Assembly: GCA_015256915.3 (NCBI GenBank)
Contig: CP076101.2
Span: forward strand, 600,001 to 632,000
Direction of reading: 5' to 3'
Length of the DNA stretch: 32,000 bases
From: Candidatus Saccharimonas sp.
Lineage (GTDB): Bacteria; Patescibacteriota; Saccharimonadia; Saccharimonadales; Saccharimonadaceae
A program made the position numbers and the translations under genes. A model generated the notes under the pieces. That model saw nothing but the letters and a program-made list of their open reading frames with translations, did not search any database and was not told the origin of the DNA. The stretch's first letter is position 1. Each line of letters begins with the position of its first letter. Positions 8,469 through 17,281 of this stretch are shown piece after piece.

Positions 8469-10610
8469 ATGAAAAATATAGAAGAGACTAAATTATCTAT
8501 AGTAGTAACAGCCCATAACGAAGGATTGTATCTATATAAAACAATATTATCTATAGAAAAATCTATAGAACTATTACCTGAAATAAGCTATGAAATAATT
8601 ATAAGTCTAGATAATCCAGATGATGAAACTATAAGAGTTGCTAAATTTTTAAGTAAGAAAAAACAAATCAAAATATTCGAATCATCTTTTGGAAACCCTG
8701 CAGATAATAGAAATTTCGCAATTTCGAAAGCAAAAGGATCAATATGCGCACTTATAGATGGCGATGATCTAGTATCTAAGAATTGGTTTAAAAATGGATT
8801 AGCAAAATTAAAAGAAAACGAAAATTCAATTATTAGGCCTCAAATACATGCGATGTTTGGCACACGCATGAATTCTCTATCAATATGGCAAATGCGAAAT
8901 TCTACAGAAAAAAATATAGACTCTATACAGATGTCATATTGGAATCCATGGACATTAACTTTAATAGCTAAAACAGAATTACTAAAAGATACGCCATTCA
9001 AACCCCAAAAAGGAGGTTTTGGATTCGAGGATTATCTATTTAACTGTGATATTATTTCTAAAAATATACCCATACTTATTGCGCCCGAAACTACTTTCTT
9101 CTATCGCCAGCGGCCTAACGTCTCGGTATCAACCCAACACAAAAATACAATTCTAGACTATTCAGACCTGTTCGATATAGAATATATTAAGTCAATCGAA
9201 ATGCCAATACCTCAAAAAAAGACAAGCTCTAGGATTAATATTAAAAAATATTATCGAGCACTGTATGATATTGCAAAAAAATCAGAGAATATAAGAAGAG
9301 CTATGTCACCAGTGGCATCAAGAATCCTAAGTAAAAAAAATATGAAAAAGCTCCCCACCTTCTTTATTGAAGACTGGAGAGAAATTAATGCCATAGAAAA
9401 TCAACTCTACCCCACAAAAGAAAAAATATCACAAGTAGAATTTCATCCACTAACTTTTAACCCATTAGACAATGAGTATGGAATCGTATATAAAAAGCTA
9501 TGCGAACAGATATCTGGAAATAATATAGATTATTTGTTCTTAGCACCTGCTATGAGCGGAAGGGGCGGAACAGAAAAGTTAATTTCTAACTATATCAGAG
9601 CTTTAAAAGAGATTCACCCTAAATGGAATATAGGAATATTATCAACACAGCCATTCAATAAGCCAACTATCGATTTTTTCAGTAATTTAGGAGTAGATCT
9701 AATAGATTTCGGAAGATTGACGAAAAAAATGGGAGATTACGAAAAAAATATAATATGGTCGCGTCTCCTAATTCAAGCAAAAATTAAAAATCTACACTTA
9801 ATAAATGATGAATACTGGTATAGATGGCTATCAGAACATAAGTCAGTAATTAAAGAAAAAAATATTAAATTAAACATATCTTTGTTCATGCGTGAATTTA
9901 CTAGCCAAAAAGATAGAATACTTTCATTCGCAGATCCTCAATTAGTAGAAGTATGGGATATAGTTAATTTAGTTTTCACAGATAACCAGGCGGTAATAGA
10001 TCAGGCCTTAGAAAATAATTTATTCGAAAAGTCTAAGTTTAGAGTTCACTATCAACCACAAACTATAGAAGAAGATAACAATTCGAATAATATAGAATAT
10101 GGTCAAAAAATTAAAATTCTATGGGCCAGCAGAATAGCACTCCAAAAAAGACCAGATATCCTTAAAAAAATATCTAAAGAGCTCTCGAAAGATTTCGAAA
10201 TAGATGCATACGGGGTCATTGAAAAGAAACAATATAGTAAAAATTACTTCAAGGACTCTCGAGTTAACTATATGGGAGGATTTAAAGGTATAAATTCTAT
10301 AGAAACAAGTAACTACGATATATATTTATATACCTCTCAAACAGATGGAGTTCCAAATATATTGTTAGAAGTAGCATCCAAAGGAATACCAATAGTATCC
10401 AGCAACATTGGCGGAATCAGCGAGTTTATAACCGATAAAGAGAGTGGATTATTAGTAGATATGGAAGATATAGATGGATATGTAAAAGCTATAGAATTCC
10501 TGAAAAACAATCCGACATATGCAGAAAAATTTACAGCAAATTTGCGAAAAAAGCTAAAAACGCAGCATTCGTGGGAAAGCTTTATAGATAAGATTTCTAA
10601 GGATATATAA
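8469..10610 (+). CDS. Bifunctional glycosyltransferase: N-terminal GT2 (GT-A) domain fused to C-terminal GT4 (GT-B) domain
   Basis: N-terminal LSIVVTAHNEG...SLDNPDDET...ALIDGDDLV (GT2 DxD). C-terminal YLYTSQTDGVPNILLEVASKGIPIVSSNIGGISEFITDKESGLLV (GT4 E-x7-E-like). Confidence 0.8.
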   Translation: MKNIEETKLSIVVTAHNEGLYLYKTILSIEKSIELLPEISYEIIISLDNPDDETIRVAKFLSKKKQIKIFESSFGNPADNRNFAISKAKGSICALIDGDDLVSKNWFKNGLAKLKENENSIIRPQIHAMFGTRMNSLSIWQMRNSTEKNIDSIQMSYWNPWTLTLIAKTELLKDTPFKPQKGGFGFEDYLFNCDIISKNIPILIAPETTFFYRQRPNVSVSTQHKNTILDYSDLFDIEYIKSIEMPIPQKKTSSRINIKKYYRALYDIAKKSENIRRAMSPVASRILSKKNMKKLPTFFIEDWREINAIENQLYPTKEKISQVEFHPLTFNPLDNEYGIVYKKLCEQISGNNIDYLFLAPAMSGRGGTEKLISNYIRALKEIHPKWNIGILSTQPFNKPTIDFFSNLGVDLIDFGRLTKKMGDYEKNIIWSRLLIQAKIKNLHLINDEYWYRWLSEHKSVIKEKNIKLNISLFMREFTSQKDRILSFADPQLVEVWDIVNLVFTDNQAVIDQALENNLFEKSKFRVHYQPQTIEEDNNSNNIEYGQKIKILWASRIALQKRPDILKKISKELSKDFEIDAYGVIEKKQYSKNYFKDSRVNYMGGFKGINSIETSNYDIYLYTSQTDGVPNILLEVASKGIPIVSSNIGGISEFITDKESGLLVDMEDIDGYVKAIEFLKNNPTYAEKFTANLRKKLKTQHSWESFIDKISKDI

Positions 10611-10618
10611 TTAAATAT

Positions 10619-11734
10619 ATGAGCAATAATTCGAAATATTTAATAAGTTTTATAGTACCCGTATTTAATACGGGTACTAATATAGAAAACATTGTTAATT
10701 CAATACTTAAAGTAAGTAACACAATGGATAATATATTAGAAATTATAGTTGTTGATGATGGATCAGATGATCAAGAAACGCTAGATTCTCTAAAAAATAT
10801 ATCTAAGCTTAATGATGTATCAGTAATAAGACAAAAAAATTCTGGCCCTAGCGCATCTAGAAATATTGGAATATCTAAGGCATCTGGAGAATGGATTGGA
10901 TTTTGCGATTCAGACGACATTATAGATTCCGAACATCTTTTAAACACCGTAAAAACAATAAGAATGAATAATTATAAAAATTCAGATATGCTTGTTTTTG
11001 GGTGGAGTATAAGGCATAACCAAGATAATAAAAGTACTTATAGGCACATTAATTTAGAAAAACAATCTATAACAGGTGAAAATGATATAGCACAAAAAAC
11101 ATTAAAATCTCTAAGTTTAGATGGACGAATGTATAATCTGTGGAATAGGCTTTATAGAAAAAATATAATCCGTGATAATAATATTAAATTAGATGAAAAC
11201 CTTAGATTTGGAGAGGATCTAATATTCAACCTGAATTTCTTATTAAAATCAAGCAGGATTGACATACTAGATGTAGCGCCTTATTACACATATATTTCCA
11301 ATAGTGAAACGAGTATAGTAAAAACTACAAAGCTCAACACTGAATATAGAATAAAAAATGCAAGAGAGCTAGATAAATTTTCGAAAATAGCAAATCAGCA
11401 AGATAATCCCTATGTTCAACTTATTAAAGCTAGGTGGCTAATATCTTTCATGATGTCATCTATTCAATATTCAACCAAGCAAGAAGGATCTAAAAAATCT
11501 TTAAATAATATAAAGCATATTATTGACAATAGGATACTGGCACCAAAATTTATTAAAAAAACGCCAGAGATAGGGATAATAGAATATATATTTCTACTTA
11601 TAGCAACCTTAATACTAAAAAATGCTCTATTAGCATTTATTTTGGCTAATATATTGTTGTTTATTAAAAATATTAAATCTCAAAAAAATATAAAATTAGA
11701 TGAAAAATATTACACACTGAAAAAAATAATCTAA
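10619..11734 (+). CDS. GT2 family glycosyltransferase with C-terminal membrane anchor
   Basis: ISFIVPVFNTGTNIENIV...IIVVDDGSDD...QKNSGPSASRNIGISKASGEWIGFCDSDD. C-terminal hydrophobic helices (IIEYIFLLIATLILKNALLAFILANILLFI). Confidence 0.85.
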   Translation: MSNNSKYLISFIVPVFNTGTNIENIVNSILKVSNTMDNILEIIVVDDGSDDQETLDSLKNISKLNDVSVIRQKNSGPSASRNIGISKASGEWIGFCDSDDIIDSEHLLNTVKTIRMNNYKNSDMLVFGWSIRHNQDNKSTYRHINLEKQSITGENDIAQKTLKSLSLDGRMYNLWNRLYRKNIIRDNNIKLDENLRFGEDLIFNLNFLLKSSRIDILDVAPYYTYISNSETSIVKTTKLNTEYRIKNARELDKFSKIANQQDNPYVQLIKARWLISFMMSSIQYSTKQEGSKKSLNNIKHIIDNRILAPKFIKKTPEIGIIEYIFLLIATLILKNALLAFILANILLFIKNIKSQKNIKLDEKYYTLKKII

Positions 11735-11755
11735 AAAATTAATATTTTTTATTTT

Positions 11756-11787
11756 AATACCACTGTTTAAACTCAAGTAGTGGTATT
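11756..11787. terminator. Bidirectional hairpin terminator between convergent genes (GT2 / ABC ATPase)
   Basis: AATACCACT (11756-11764) pairs with AGTGGTATT (11779-11787) around a 14-nt loop, flanked by A/T-rich runs on both sides. Confidence 0.5.
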
Positions 11788-11807
11788 ATTTAAAAAACTA
11801 TCTATTC

Positions 11808-12971
11808 CTATTCAATAATATTCTTTTTTACTAAACCATAGTCGTTATCGGTTTTAGTAGTTAAATATTTAAATCTAAAATCACCGCCATCAAAAGTATT
11901 AGCAATAGCCTTAGAATGATCTTTATTTTTTTCATATAGAACTGCAACAACTCTAAAGTCGGTAGAATTAAAATTATCTAAAGAAATCCTAATATTAAAT
12001 ACTGAATTATCTGTAGAAACCTTTACATGACCGCTGTCATACACTCTACCGCCTCTACCTTCATCTTGAAGAGTATAAGCAATATATAACTCAGCATCAC
12101 CGTTATACGAATATTCTATATCAGCCTCAAAATATTCACCATGATGAATAATTGGTTTATTCCCAACAATTTTAATTGAGGAAGAATTATCATCAGTATT
12201 AGAATTATAAATATTGCGAGAATTAAGCGTGTCTAGGTTGGAAGCTATATATTTCTCAGCAACTTTATCAACATCACCAGATTCACTTATCATACCATCT
12301 GCAATAAAAATAGCATTATTACAATATTTTTTAACATCCGCCATTGAATGTGTAACCAAGATAACAGTTTTAGTTTTATCTTTCTTAATATTTTCGAAAA
12401 AATCATTACATTTACGTTGAAAGGCTTCATCACCAACTGCTAAAACTTCATCCAACACTAAAATATCACCTTGAGCTTTAATAGCGATCGAAAAAGCCAA
12501 ACGAACTTGCATTCCGCTAGAATAATTCTTTAATTTCTGGTCCATAAATTCTTCAAGCTCAGCAAATTCAACAATTTCATTATACATTGCAGAAATTTCC
12601 TCTTTCGAAAAACCTAAAAGGGCACCATTTAAATAAATGTTTTCACGGCCAGTAAGTTCTGGATTAAACCCAACACCAAGCTCAATAAATGGAACCAAAG
12701 TTCCGTCAACTTTTACTGTACCACTCTCTGGCGTATAAATTTGCGAAATAATTTTAAGTAATGTAGATTTTCCTGAACCATTTCGACCAACAATACCATA
12801 AAAATCACCTTTTTTAACCTTGAATGAAATATCCTTAAGAACTTTTTGTTCTTTATAGCCTTTAATTCCCTTCGTCCAGTTTACAAAAGCCTGTTTAATA
12901 CCACTCGCCTGCTCTGTTGGTAAACGAAAACTTTTCGAAACATTTTTTACTTCTAAAGCGTATTTTCCCAT
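11808..12971 (-). CDS. Polysaccharide/teichoic-acid ABC exporter ATP-binding protein (Wzt/TagH type) with extra C-terminal ~140-aa beta-rich domain
   Basis: Walker A GRNGSGKST, signature YSSGMQVRLAFS, Walker B ILVLDEVLAVGD. C-terminal extension (IKIVGNKPIIHHGEYFEADIEYSYNGDAELYIAYTL...FRVVAVLYEK) in the position of the Wzt glycan-terminus-binding domain. Confidence 0.9.
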   Translation of the reverse strand: MGKYALEVKNVSKSFRLPTEQASGIKQAFVNWTKGIKGYKEQKVLKDISFKVKKGDFYGIVGRNGSGKSTLLKIISQIYTPESGTVKVDGTLVPFIELGVGFNPELTGRENIYLNGALLGFSKEEISAMYNEIVEFAELEEFMDQKLKNYSSGMQVRLAFSIAIKAQGDILVLDEVLAVGDEAFQRKCNDFFENIKKDKTKTVILVTHSMADVKKYCNNAIFIADGMISESGDVDKVAEKYIASNLDTLNSRNIYNSNTDDNSSSIKIVGNKPIIHHGEYFEADIEYSYNGDAELYIAYTLQDEGRGGRVYDSGHVKVSTDNSVFNIRISLDNFNSTDFRVVAVLYEKNKDHSKAIANTFDGGDFRFKYLTTKTDNDYGLVKKNIIE

Positions 12972-13795
12972 TACATAATCTCCGCAAATTTTTTCGAATT
13001 TTTATTAAAATACCATAGACCAAAAGCTACTAATAAAGTTGTGACCAAAATTGGAATTAACACAAACCAGTAATTTTCGAAAAGTGTCCAGAAAGTTGGT
13101 GTTTCATGAGCGATCAAATTGTGGCGAATATCTTGAATCGCAAGCGCAATTGGGTTAAGCATCATAATTTTCGCAATCGAAAATCCAAAAATTGAAACTT
13201 TTGTAACCATTGAAATTGGATACATAATTGGCATTGAATAGACTAAAATCTGCATAAATACTTCCCAGATATGCGAAATATCACGGAATTTAACATAAAG
13301 AGTTGATAAAATTAACGCTAAACCAAAAGCTGTAGCAAAAAGAAGTATAATGTTAAATGGCAAAATTAAAACAGACCATTGGAATTTTACACCAGCAAAA
13401 ATTGCAAAAGCTAAAACAACCAAAAGATTAATTGAAAGTGAAATTAAAGCACTCACCATTGAAGAAATAATCACGATATATTTTGGAAAATTAATTTTTC
13501 GCATCAAATCACCACGAGCAACAATTGAATTCATCCCCAAAGTAACTGCTTCGGTAAAAAATCCCCAAAGAGAGAGACCAAGGAGTAGAGTTATTGCATA
13601 GTTTGGAATTGAAGAATCAGTAATTCGCAAGAATTTTACAAATATAAAATACATCACCACAAAAATCATAAGTGGCTTAAGAACTGACCATAAAATTCCC
13701 AAAGCTGAGCCTTGATACCTTAACTTAAAATCTGTTTTAACGAGTTCTGCAAGCAGAACCCGATTCCTCTTTTCAAAAAATCCTATTTTAATCAT
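12971..13795 (-). CDS. Polysaccharide/teichoic-acid ABC exporter permease (ABC-2 type; Wzm/TagG type)
   Basis: 274 aa, six TM helices, ABC-2 permease N-terminus (LLAELVKTDFKLRYQGSALGILWSVLKPL). Its stop overlaps the ATG of the ATPase gene by 1 nt. Confidence 0.85.
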   Translation of the reverse strand: MIKIGFFEKRNRVLLAELVKTDFKLRYQGSALGILWSVLKPLMIFVVMYFIFVKFLRITDSSIPNYAITLLLGLSLWGFFTEAVTLGMNSIVARGDLMRKINFPKYIVIISSMVSALISLSINLLVVLAFAIFAGVKFQWSVLILPFNIILLFATAFGLALILSTLYVKFRDISHIWEVFMQILVYSMPIMYPISMVTKVSIFGFSIAKIMMLNPIALAIQDIRHNLIAHETPTFWTLFENYWFVLIPILVTTLLVAFGLWYFNKNSKKFAEIM

Positions 13796-13805
13796 TATGC
13801 TTTTA

Positions 13806-13814
13806 ATTATATCA
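13806..13814 (-). promoter_or_regulatory. Extended -10 element TGATATAAT, 10 nt upstream of ATG 13795 (ABC exporter operon)
   Basis: The minus strand reads ...atatGaTATAATtaaaagcataATG, with TG at -15/-14. A second candidate, TGTTAAAAT, lies about 35 nt further upstream. Confidence 0.4.
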
Positions 13815-13888
13815 TATATCGCCTAACACTCCAACACTAAACTATTTTAACATCTGAAAATAGCTAGCTTTCTAGATTATTTTTAATA

Positions 13889-13918
13889 AGTTAAAACAGC
13901 ATCTCTGCTGTTTTAACT
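13889..13918 (-). terminator. 12-bp stem hairpin immediately after the LGFP-protein gene stop
   Basis: AGTTAAAACAGC atctct GCTGTTTTAACT. It begins 2 nt past the TAG stop (13920-13922). The trailing U-tract is poor, so it may be a terminator or an RNA-stability element. Confidence 0.45.
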
Positions 13919-13919
13919 G

Positions 13920-15647
13920 CTATTTATCTATTTTTAATATATATTTATTACCAACACCCGTAATTAATCCTCTTTCGAAATTCTGAGTCCATTTACCATC
14001 ATTCCATGCTTCATTCTTTAACGGTAAGCCGAGTTTATCTTTTTGCGTATCATTTAATGAATTATAGAATTTAAATACATCACCCTGAATTTCCCAATAT
14101 CCTAAATTATCGTTTCCTATGATATCACCTTTCTCGTAGTGTTGTATCTTATAACCTTTTTCTTCAATAACATCACTAGTAGGAAATCCTAAAGCACCTT
14201 TTTCATTACCAATCTTATTCCAGCGTTCGCGTATTTTACCATAACTTTCATGATATCCAGATTTTGGACTACCTATAATAAAACCATTCTGATATTTCTG
14301 GAACCATCCACCTTGAATAGTTGAAAATTCTTGTGTTATAGGTAATCCCATCTTACCATGTTCATACCCTAATTGAGCATACTTATCTCTAATTAAACCA
14401 ATACTTTCCCAATATCCAGTACTATCACTTCCAATTATGAAACCATTCTGATATTTTTGCGCACGACCATTATTGATAGTGTTAAAATATCCAGATAGTG
14501 GTAATCCCATCTTACCATGTTCATACCCTAGCTCAGAATATCTTTGTCTAATTTTACCATAGTTTTCCCAATATCCAGTACTATCACTTCCAACTATGAA
14601 ACCATTTTTAAACCTTTGGAATATTGATTTATCGGTCTTGAAAAATTCAGAATCTACGTCACCAAGATATCCTTTTTCACCACCTAGCTCAATGTATCTT
14701 TCATATATTCCACTGTGTATTCTTTTACTTTCAAGAGTAGAGCCAAATAGCCGGTTAAAGAACATAAAGAAATTACGATTTCCATAAGCTCCACAATGTG
14801 AAGTTCCCGGATAATTTGCTAGTGCTGAATCATTCGGAACATACGGTGTATAAATATATAAACTTAAAGTTGCAACATTCTCAATATTAACACGTTTTGT
14901 ACCGCAAGCTGGATTTGGTGAATATTGAATATTATTCCATCCAAGCTTTAGCGAATAGCCACCATCTTTATGATGGTCTTTATAATATTTGAGCTGCCAA
15001 GCTGCCAAAGTCATTTGTTTATAAAAACCAGCTTTCGAATCCGCACAAGCAGCAGAAAATCCAGGTCCAGAATCTGGGCAAGCATAGCCCATTGCATATT
15101 TATATTGAGTTTTTACTGGCCAATTATCATCTAGTAAATTGAGAGATTCTTTCTTCAGTAAAACCAACAAAACTTGCGGGTTAATTCCATATTTCTGAGC
15201 CGCATCATAAATAATCTGTGCCGCCGAAATTCCACCTTCGAAAGATCCGCCACCTTTTTCGAAAGAAGTTTCGCCAGTATTTGGGTTTTCGTGATAATTA
15301 TTTATACATACATATGGAGGTTTATGCCAATAATTTGAATTTTGTGCAGCAGCAAATTGAGCAGCGGTTCTACCATCATTTTTCCCAGAAGGTCCAGTAC
15401 CCCAGGTATCACAACTACCAATTTGCTTATTTAAAAAGCTTTGGATTTGCTGCACGTTCATTGCATCTTTATTATAAAAAATACTGTCGTCAATAATTCG
15501 TCCAGGATTGAAATCGGTTGCTTTAACAGCGTTAGAAAGATTTCTAAGTACAGCTAAAGAACTAAAAATAATAACCGCCACAACTGGCGCACCAATTAAA
15601 ATTGATTTTTTAAATTTTCTACTTCTCGATTGTAAAACTTTGAGCAT
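13920..15647 (-). CDS. Secreted or membrane-anchored cell-wall protein: N-terminal conserved Cys-containing domain (possible lysozyme/transglycosylase-like) plus five LGFP-type repeats
   Basis: N-terminal signal-anchor (SILIGAPVVAVIIFSSLAVL). Motif AAQIIYDAAQKYGINPQVLLVLLKKESLNL. C-terminal half has five ~53-aa repeats of the form IRxxYxxLGxExGxxGLPxxxxF...QKYQNGFIIGS (LGFP repeat pattern). SD AGGAAGGT lies 4 nt before the ATG. Confidence 0.7.
   Translation of the reverse strand: MLKVLQSRSRKFKKSILIGAPVVAVIIFSSLAVLRNLSNAVKATDFNPGRIIDDSIFYNKDAMNVQQIQSFLNKQIGSCDTWGTGPSGKNDGRTAAQFAAAQNSNYWHKPPYVCINNYHENPNTGETSFEKGGGSFEGGISAAQIIYDAAQKYGINPQVLLVLLKKESLNLLDDNWPVKTQYKYAMGYACPDSGPGFSAACADSKAGFYKQMTLAAWQLKYYKDHHKDGGYSLKLGWNNIQYSPNPACGTKRVNIENVATLSLYIYTPYVPNDSALANYPGTSHCGAYGNRNFFMFFNRLFGSTLESKRIHSGIYERYIELGGEKGYLGDVDSEFFKTDKSIFQRFKNGFIVGSDSTGYWENYGKIRQRYSELGYEHGKMGLPLSGYFNTINNGRAQKYQNGFIIGSDSTGYWESIGLIRDKYAQLGYEHGKMGLPITQEFSTIQGGWFQKYQNGFIIGSPKSGYHESYGKIRERWNKIGNEKGALGFPTSDVIEEKGYKIQHYEKGDIIGNDNLGYWEIQGDVFKFYNSLNDTQKDKLGLPLKNEAWNDGKWTQNFERGLITGVGNKYILKIDK
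14341..14658 (-). repeat. Intragenic tandem repeat, period 159 bp (two best-conserved LGFP repeat units)
   Basis: ggtaatcccatcttaccatgttcataccct occurs at 14341 and again at 14500. cccaatatccagtactatcacttccaa also recurs one period apart. More diverged units flank these two. Confidence 0.7.
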
Positions 15648-16221
15648 CCGACCTTCCTTCTTGCTTTTGTTTTGAATTTTTATAAGTTGTTATTGCTGTC
15701 CATTTTCCAGTTTTAAATTCACTATCACTAATTTTTTTCGAAACTGCCTTACAATATTTATTATTTGGGCTCTCTAAAATTTCAGTTGAAAGTTCAATTT
15801 TAGTTCCATCAGAATGCGTTAGAGTATATGAACATTTACCATTCCCATCATCATAAAGGAGCCCTGAAATCTGCCCGGCCACACGAACTGTACCATCTTC
15901 AACTTGCACGGTTGTATAAGTTGGAAAATTTGTATAACCCGAGGATTCAACAGTTCCTTCAGCACGATCAGTATTATTATTTTTAGTTTTCGAATTAATG
16001 ATTTCCTTTGCAGCTTCTTGCTTTTTAGTTTCTTCAGGTTTTTTCGAATCTTCTTTTTTCTCTTCAACTTTTGAAGTATTTTCTTCTTTTTTCTCATTAT
16101 TTTTTTGAGAATTTGAATTTACCCACCAGAAAATTCCACCAGCACCAGCGACCAGCAAAATTACAAATGCAGCAAAAATAATAGTTTTAGTTTTTTTAGT
16201 ATTTTGTGTGTTTATTTTCAT
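15619..16221 (-). CDS. Hypothetical membrane-anchored protein: TM helix, K/E-rich linker, ~110-aa C-terminal domain
   Basis: TIIFAAFVILLVAGAGGIFWWV anchor, then a low-complexity KKEENTSKVEEKKEDSKKPEETKKQE linker and a Cys-containing globular C-terminus. Overlaps the start of the LGFP-protein gene by 29 nt (likely coupled translation). I recognise no family. Confidence 0.55.
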   Translation of the reverse strand: MKINTQNTKKTKTIIFAAFVILLVAGAGGIFWWVNSNSQKNNEKKEENTSKVEEKKEDSKKPEETKKQEAAKEIINSKTKNNNTDRAEGTVESSGYTNFPTYTTVQVEDGTVRVAGQISGLLYDDGNGKCSYTLTHSDGTKIELSTEILESPNNKYCKAVSKKISDSEFKTGKWTAITTYKNSKQKQEGRSDAQSFTIEK

Positions 16222-16297
16222 TTTATTTCTCCTAAACCAATTTTAGCATAAGCCAAATAAAATTTCAACATTTTGGTTATATTTTTTGGTGATTTTG

Positions 16298-16306
16298 TGC
16301 TATAAT
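16298..16306 (+). promoter_or_regulatory. Extended -10 element TGCTATAAT, 9 nt upstream of ATG 16316
   Basis: gtTGcTATAATataattactATG, with no SD between box and ATG. Confidence 0.5.
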
Positions 16307-16315
16307 ATAATTACT

Positions 16316-17281
16316 ATGAAGAAACTCATTACAATCATGATTCCAGCTTATAATGAAGAAAAAGCTCTACCAAAACTTTTCGAAAGGCTCAACCTTTTAG
16401 CAAAAAACACTTCAAAATATGATTTTGAATTTCTTTTTATTAATGACGGTTCAAAAGATAAAACAATGGAAATTATTAGGAGTGAAAGCCAAAAAGATTC
16501 ACGAATTTCCTACATTAATTTAAGCCGAAATTTTGGAAAAGAAAATGCAATGCTGGCAGGTTTTGATTATGCAAAAGGAGATGCATTAGTAATTATTGAT
16601 GCAGATCTACAAGATCCACCAGAGTTAATTCCCGCAATGATCAACCTTTGGGAAGAAGGTTTTGATGATGTTTATGCTAAACGTGAATCTCGTGAGGGTG
16701 AAACTTGGCTTAAAAAGCAAACTTCGAAATGGTTCTACAGTATACTTGATAAAATTTCACAAATTGAAATTCAACGCGACACTGGTGATTTTCGACTTCT
16801 CGACCGCCGTGCAGTCGAAGCCCTAAAAACTCTCCGCGAAACTAACCGTTATACCAAAGGAATGTTCTCTTGGGTTGGTTTTCGAAAGAAAGAGATTACT
16901 TATAAACGTGATGCGCGTGTAGCTGGCGAAACAAAATGGAATTATGCAAAACTTTTTAATCTCGCAATTGAAGGAATCACCAGCTTTACTGTTGCGCCAC
17001 TTCGCATTGCTACAATTACAGGATTTTTCATCTCAATTGCTGCATTTTTATGGATTGCTTTTTTGCTAATTCGCCCACTTTTTGGCGTTCCAACTGGTGA
17101 CGGTTATACTTCAATTATGTCAGTAATTCTTTTTCTTGGCGGGATTCAGCTCCTCTCAATTGGAATTTTAGGCGAATATATTGGTCGAATTTTCATCGAA
17201 AGCAAAAATCGCCCCGTTTATCTAGCGCAAGAAATCAAGGAATTCAACCATGAAAAATCTACTAAAAAAGCTAAAAAATAG
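16316..17281 (+). CDS. Polyprenyl-phosphate glycosyltransferase, GT2 (GtrB/CsbB/DPM1-like)
   Basis: MKKLITIMIPAYNEEKALP...FLFINDGSKDKT...NFGKENAMLAGFDYAKGDALVIIDADLQDPPELI, plus two C-terminal TM helices. The ATG at 16316 is preferred over the TTG at 16286 because TGCTATAAT (16298-16306) lies inside the longer ORF. Confidence 0.88.
   Translation: MKKLITIMIPAYNEEKALPKLFERLNLLAKNTSKYDFEFLFINDGSKDKTMEIIRSESQKDSRISYINLSRNFGKENAMLAGFDYAKGDALVIIDADLQDPPELIPAMINLWEEGFDDVYAKRESREGETWLKKQTSKWFYSILDKISQIEIQRDTGDFRLLDRRAVEALKTLRETNRYTKGMFSWVGFRKKEITYKRDARVAGETKWNYAKLFNLAIEGITSFTVAPLRIATITGFFISIAAFLWIAFLLIRPLFGVPTGDGYTSIMSVILFLGGIQLLSIGILGEYIGRIFIESKNRPVYLAQEIKEFNHEKSTKKAKK

Noticed and set aside
6861-12250. 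Low-GC island as a mobile genetic element
   Set aside because: No integrase, transposase, tRNA target, flanking direct repeats or inverted repeats were seen. All genes are glycan-biosynthetic, so I report it as a compositionally atypical cassette rather than a mobile element.
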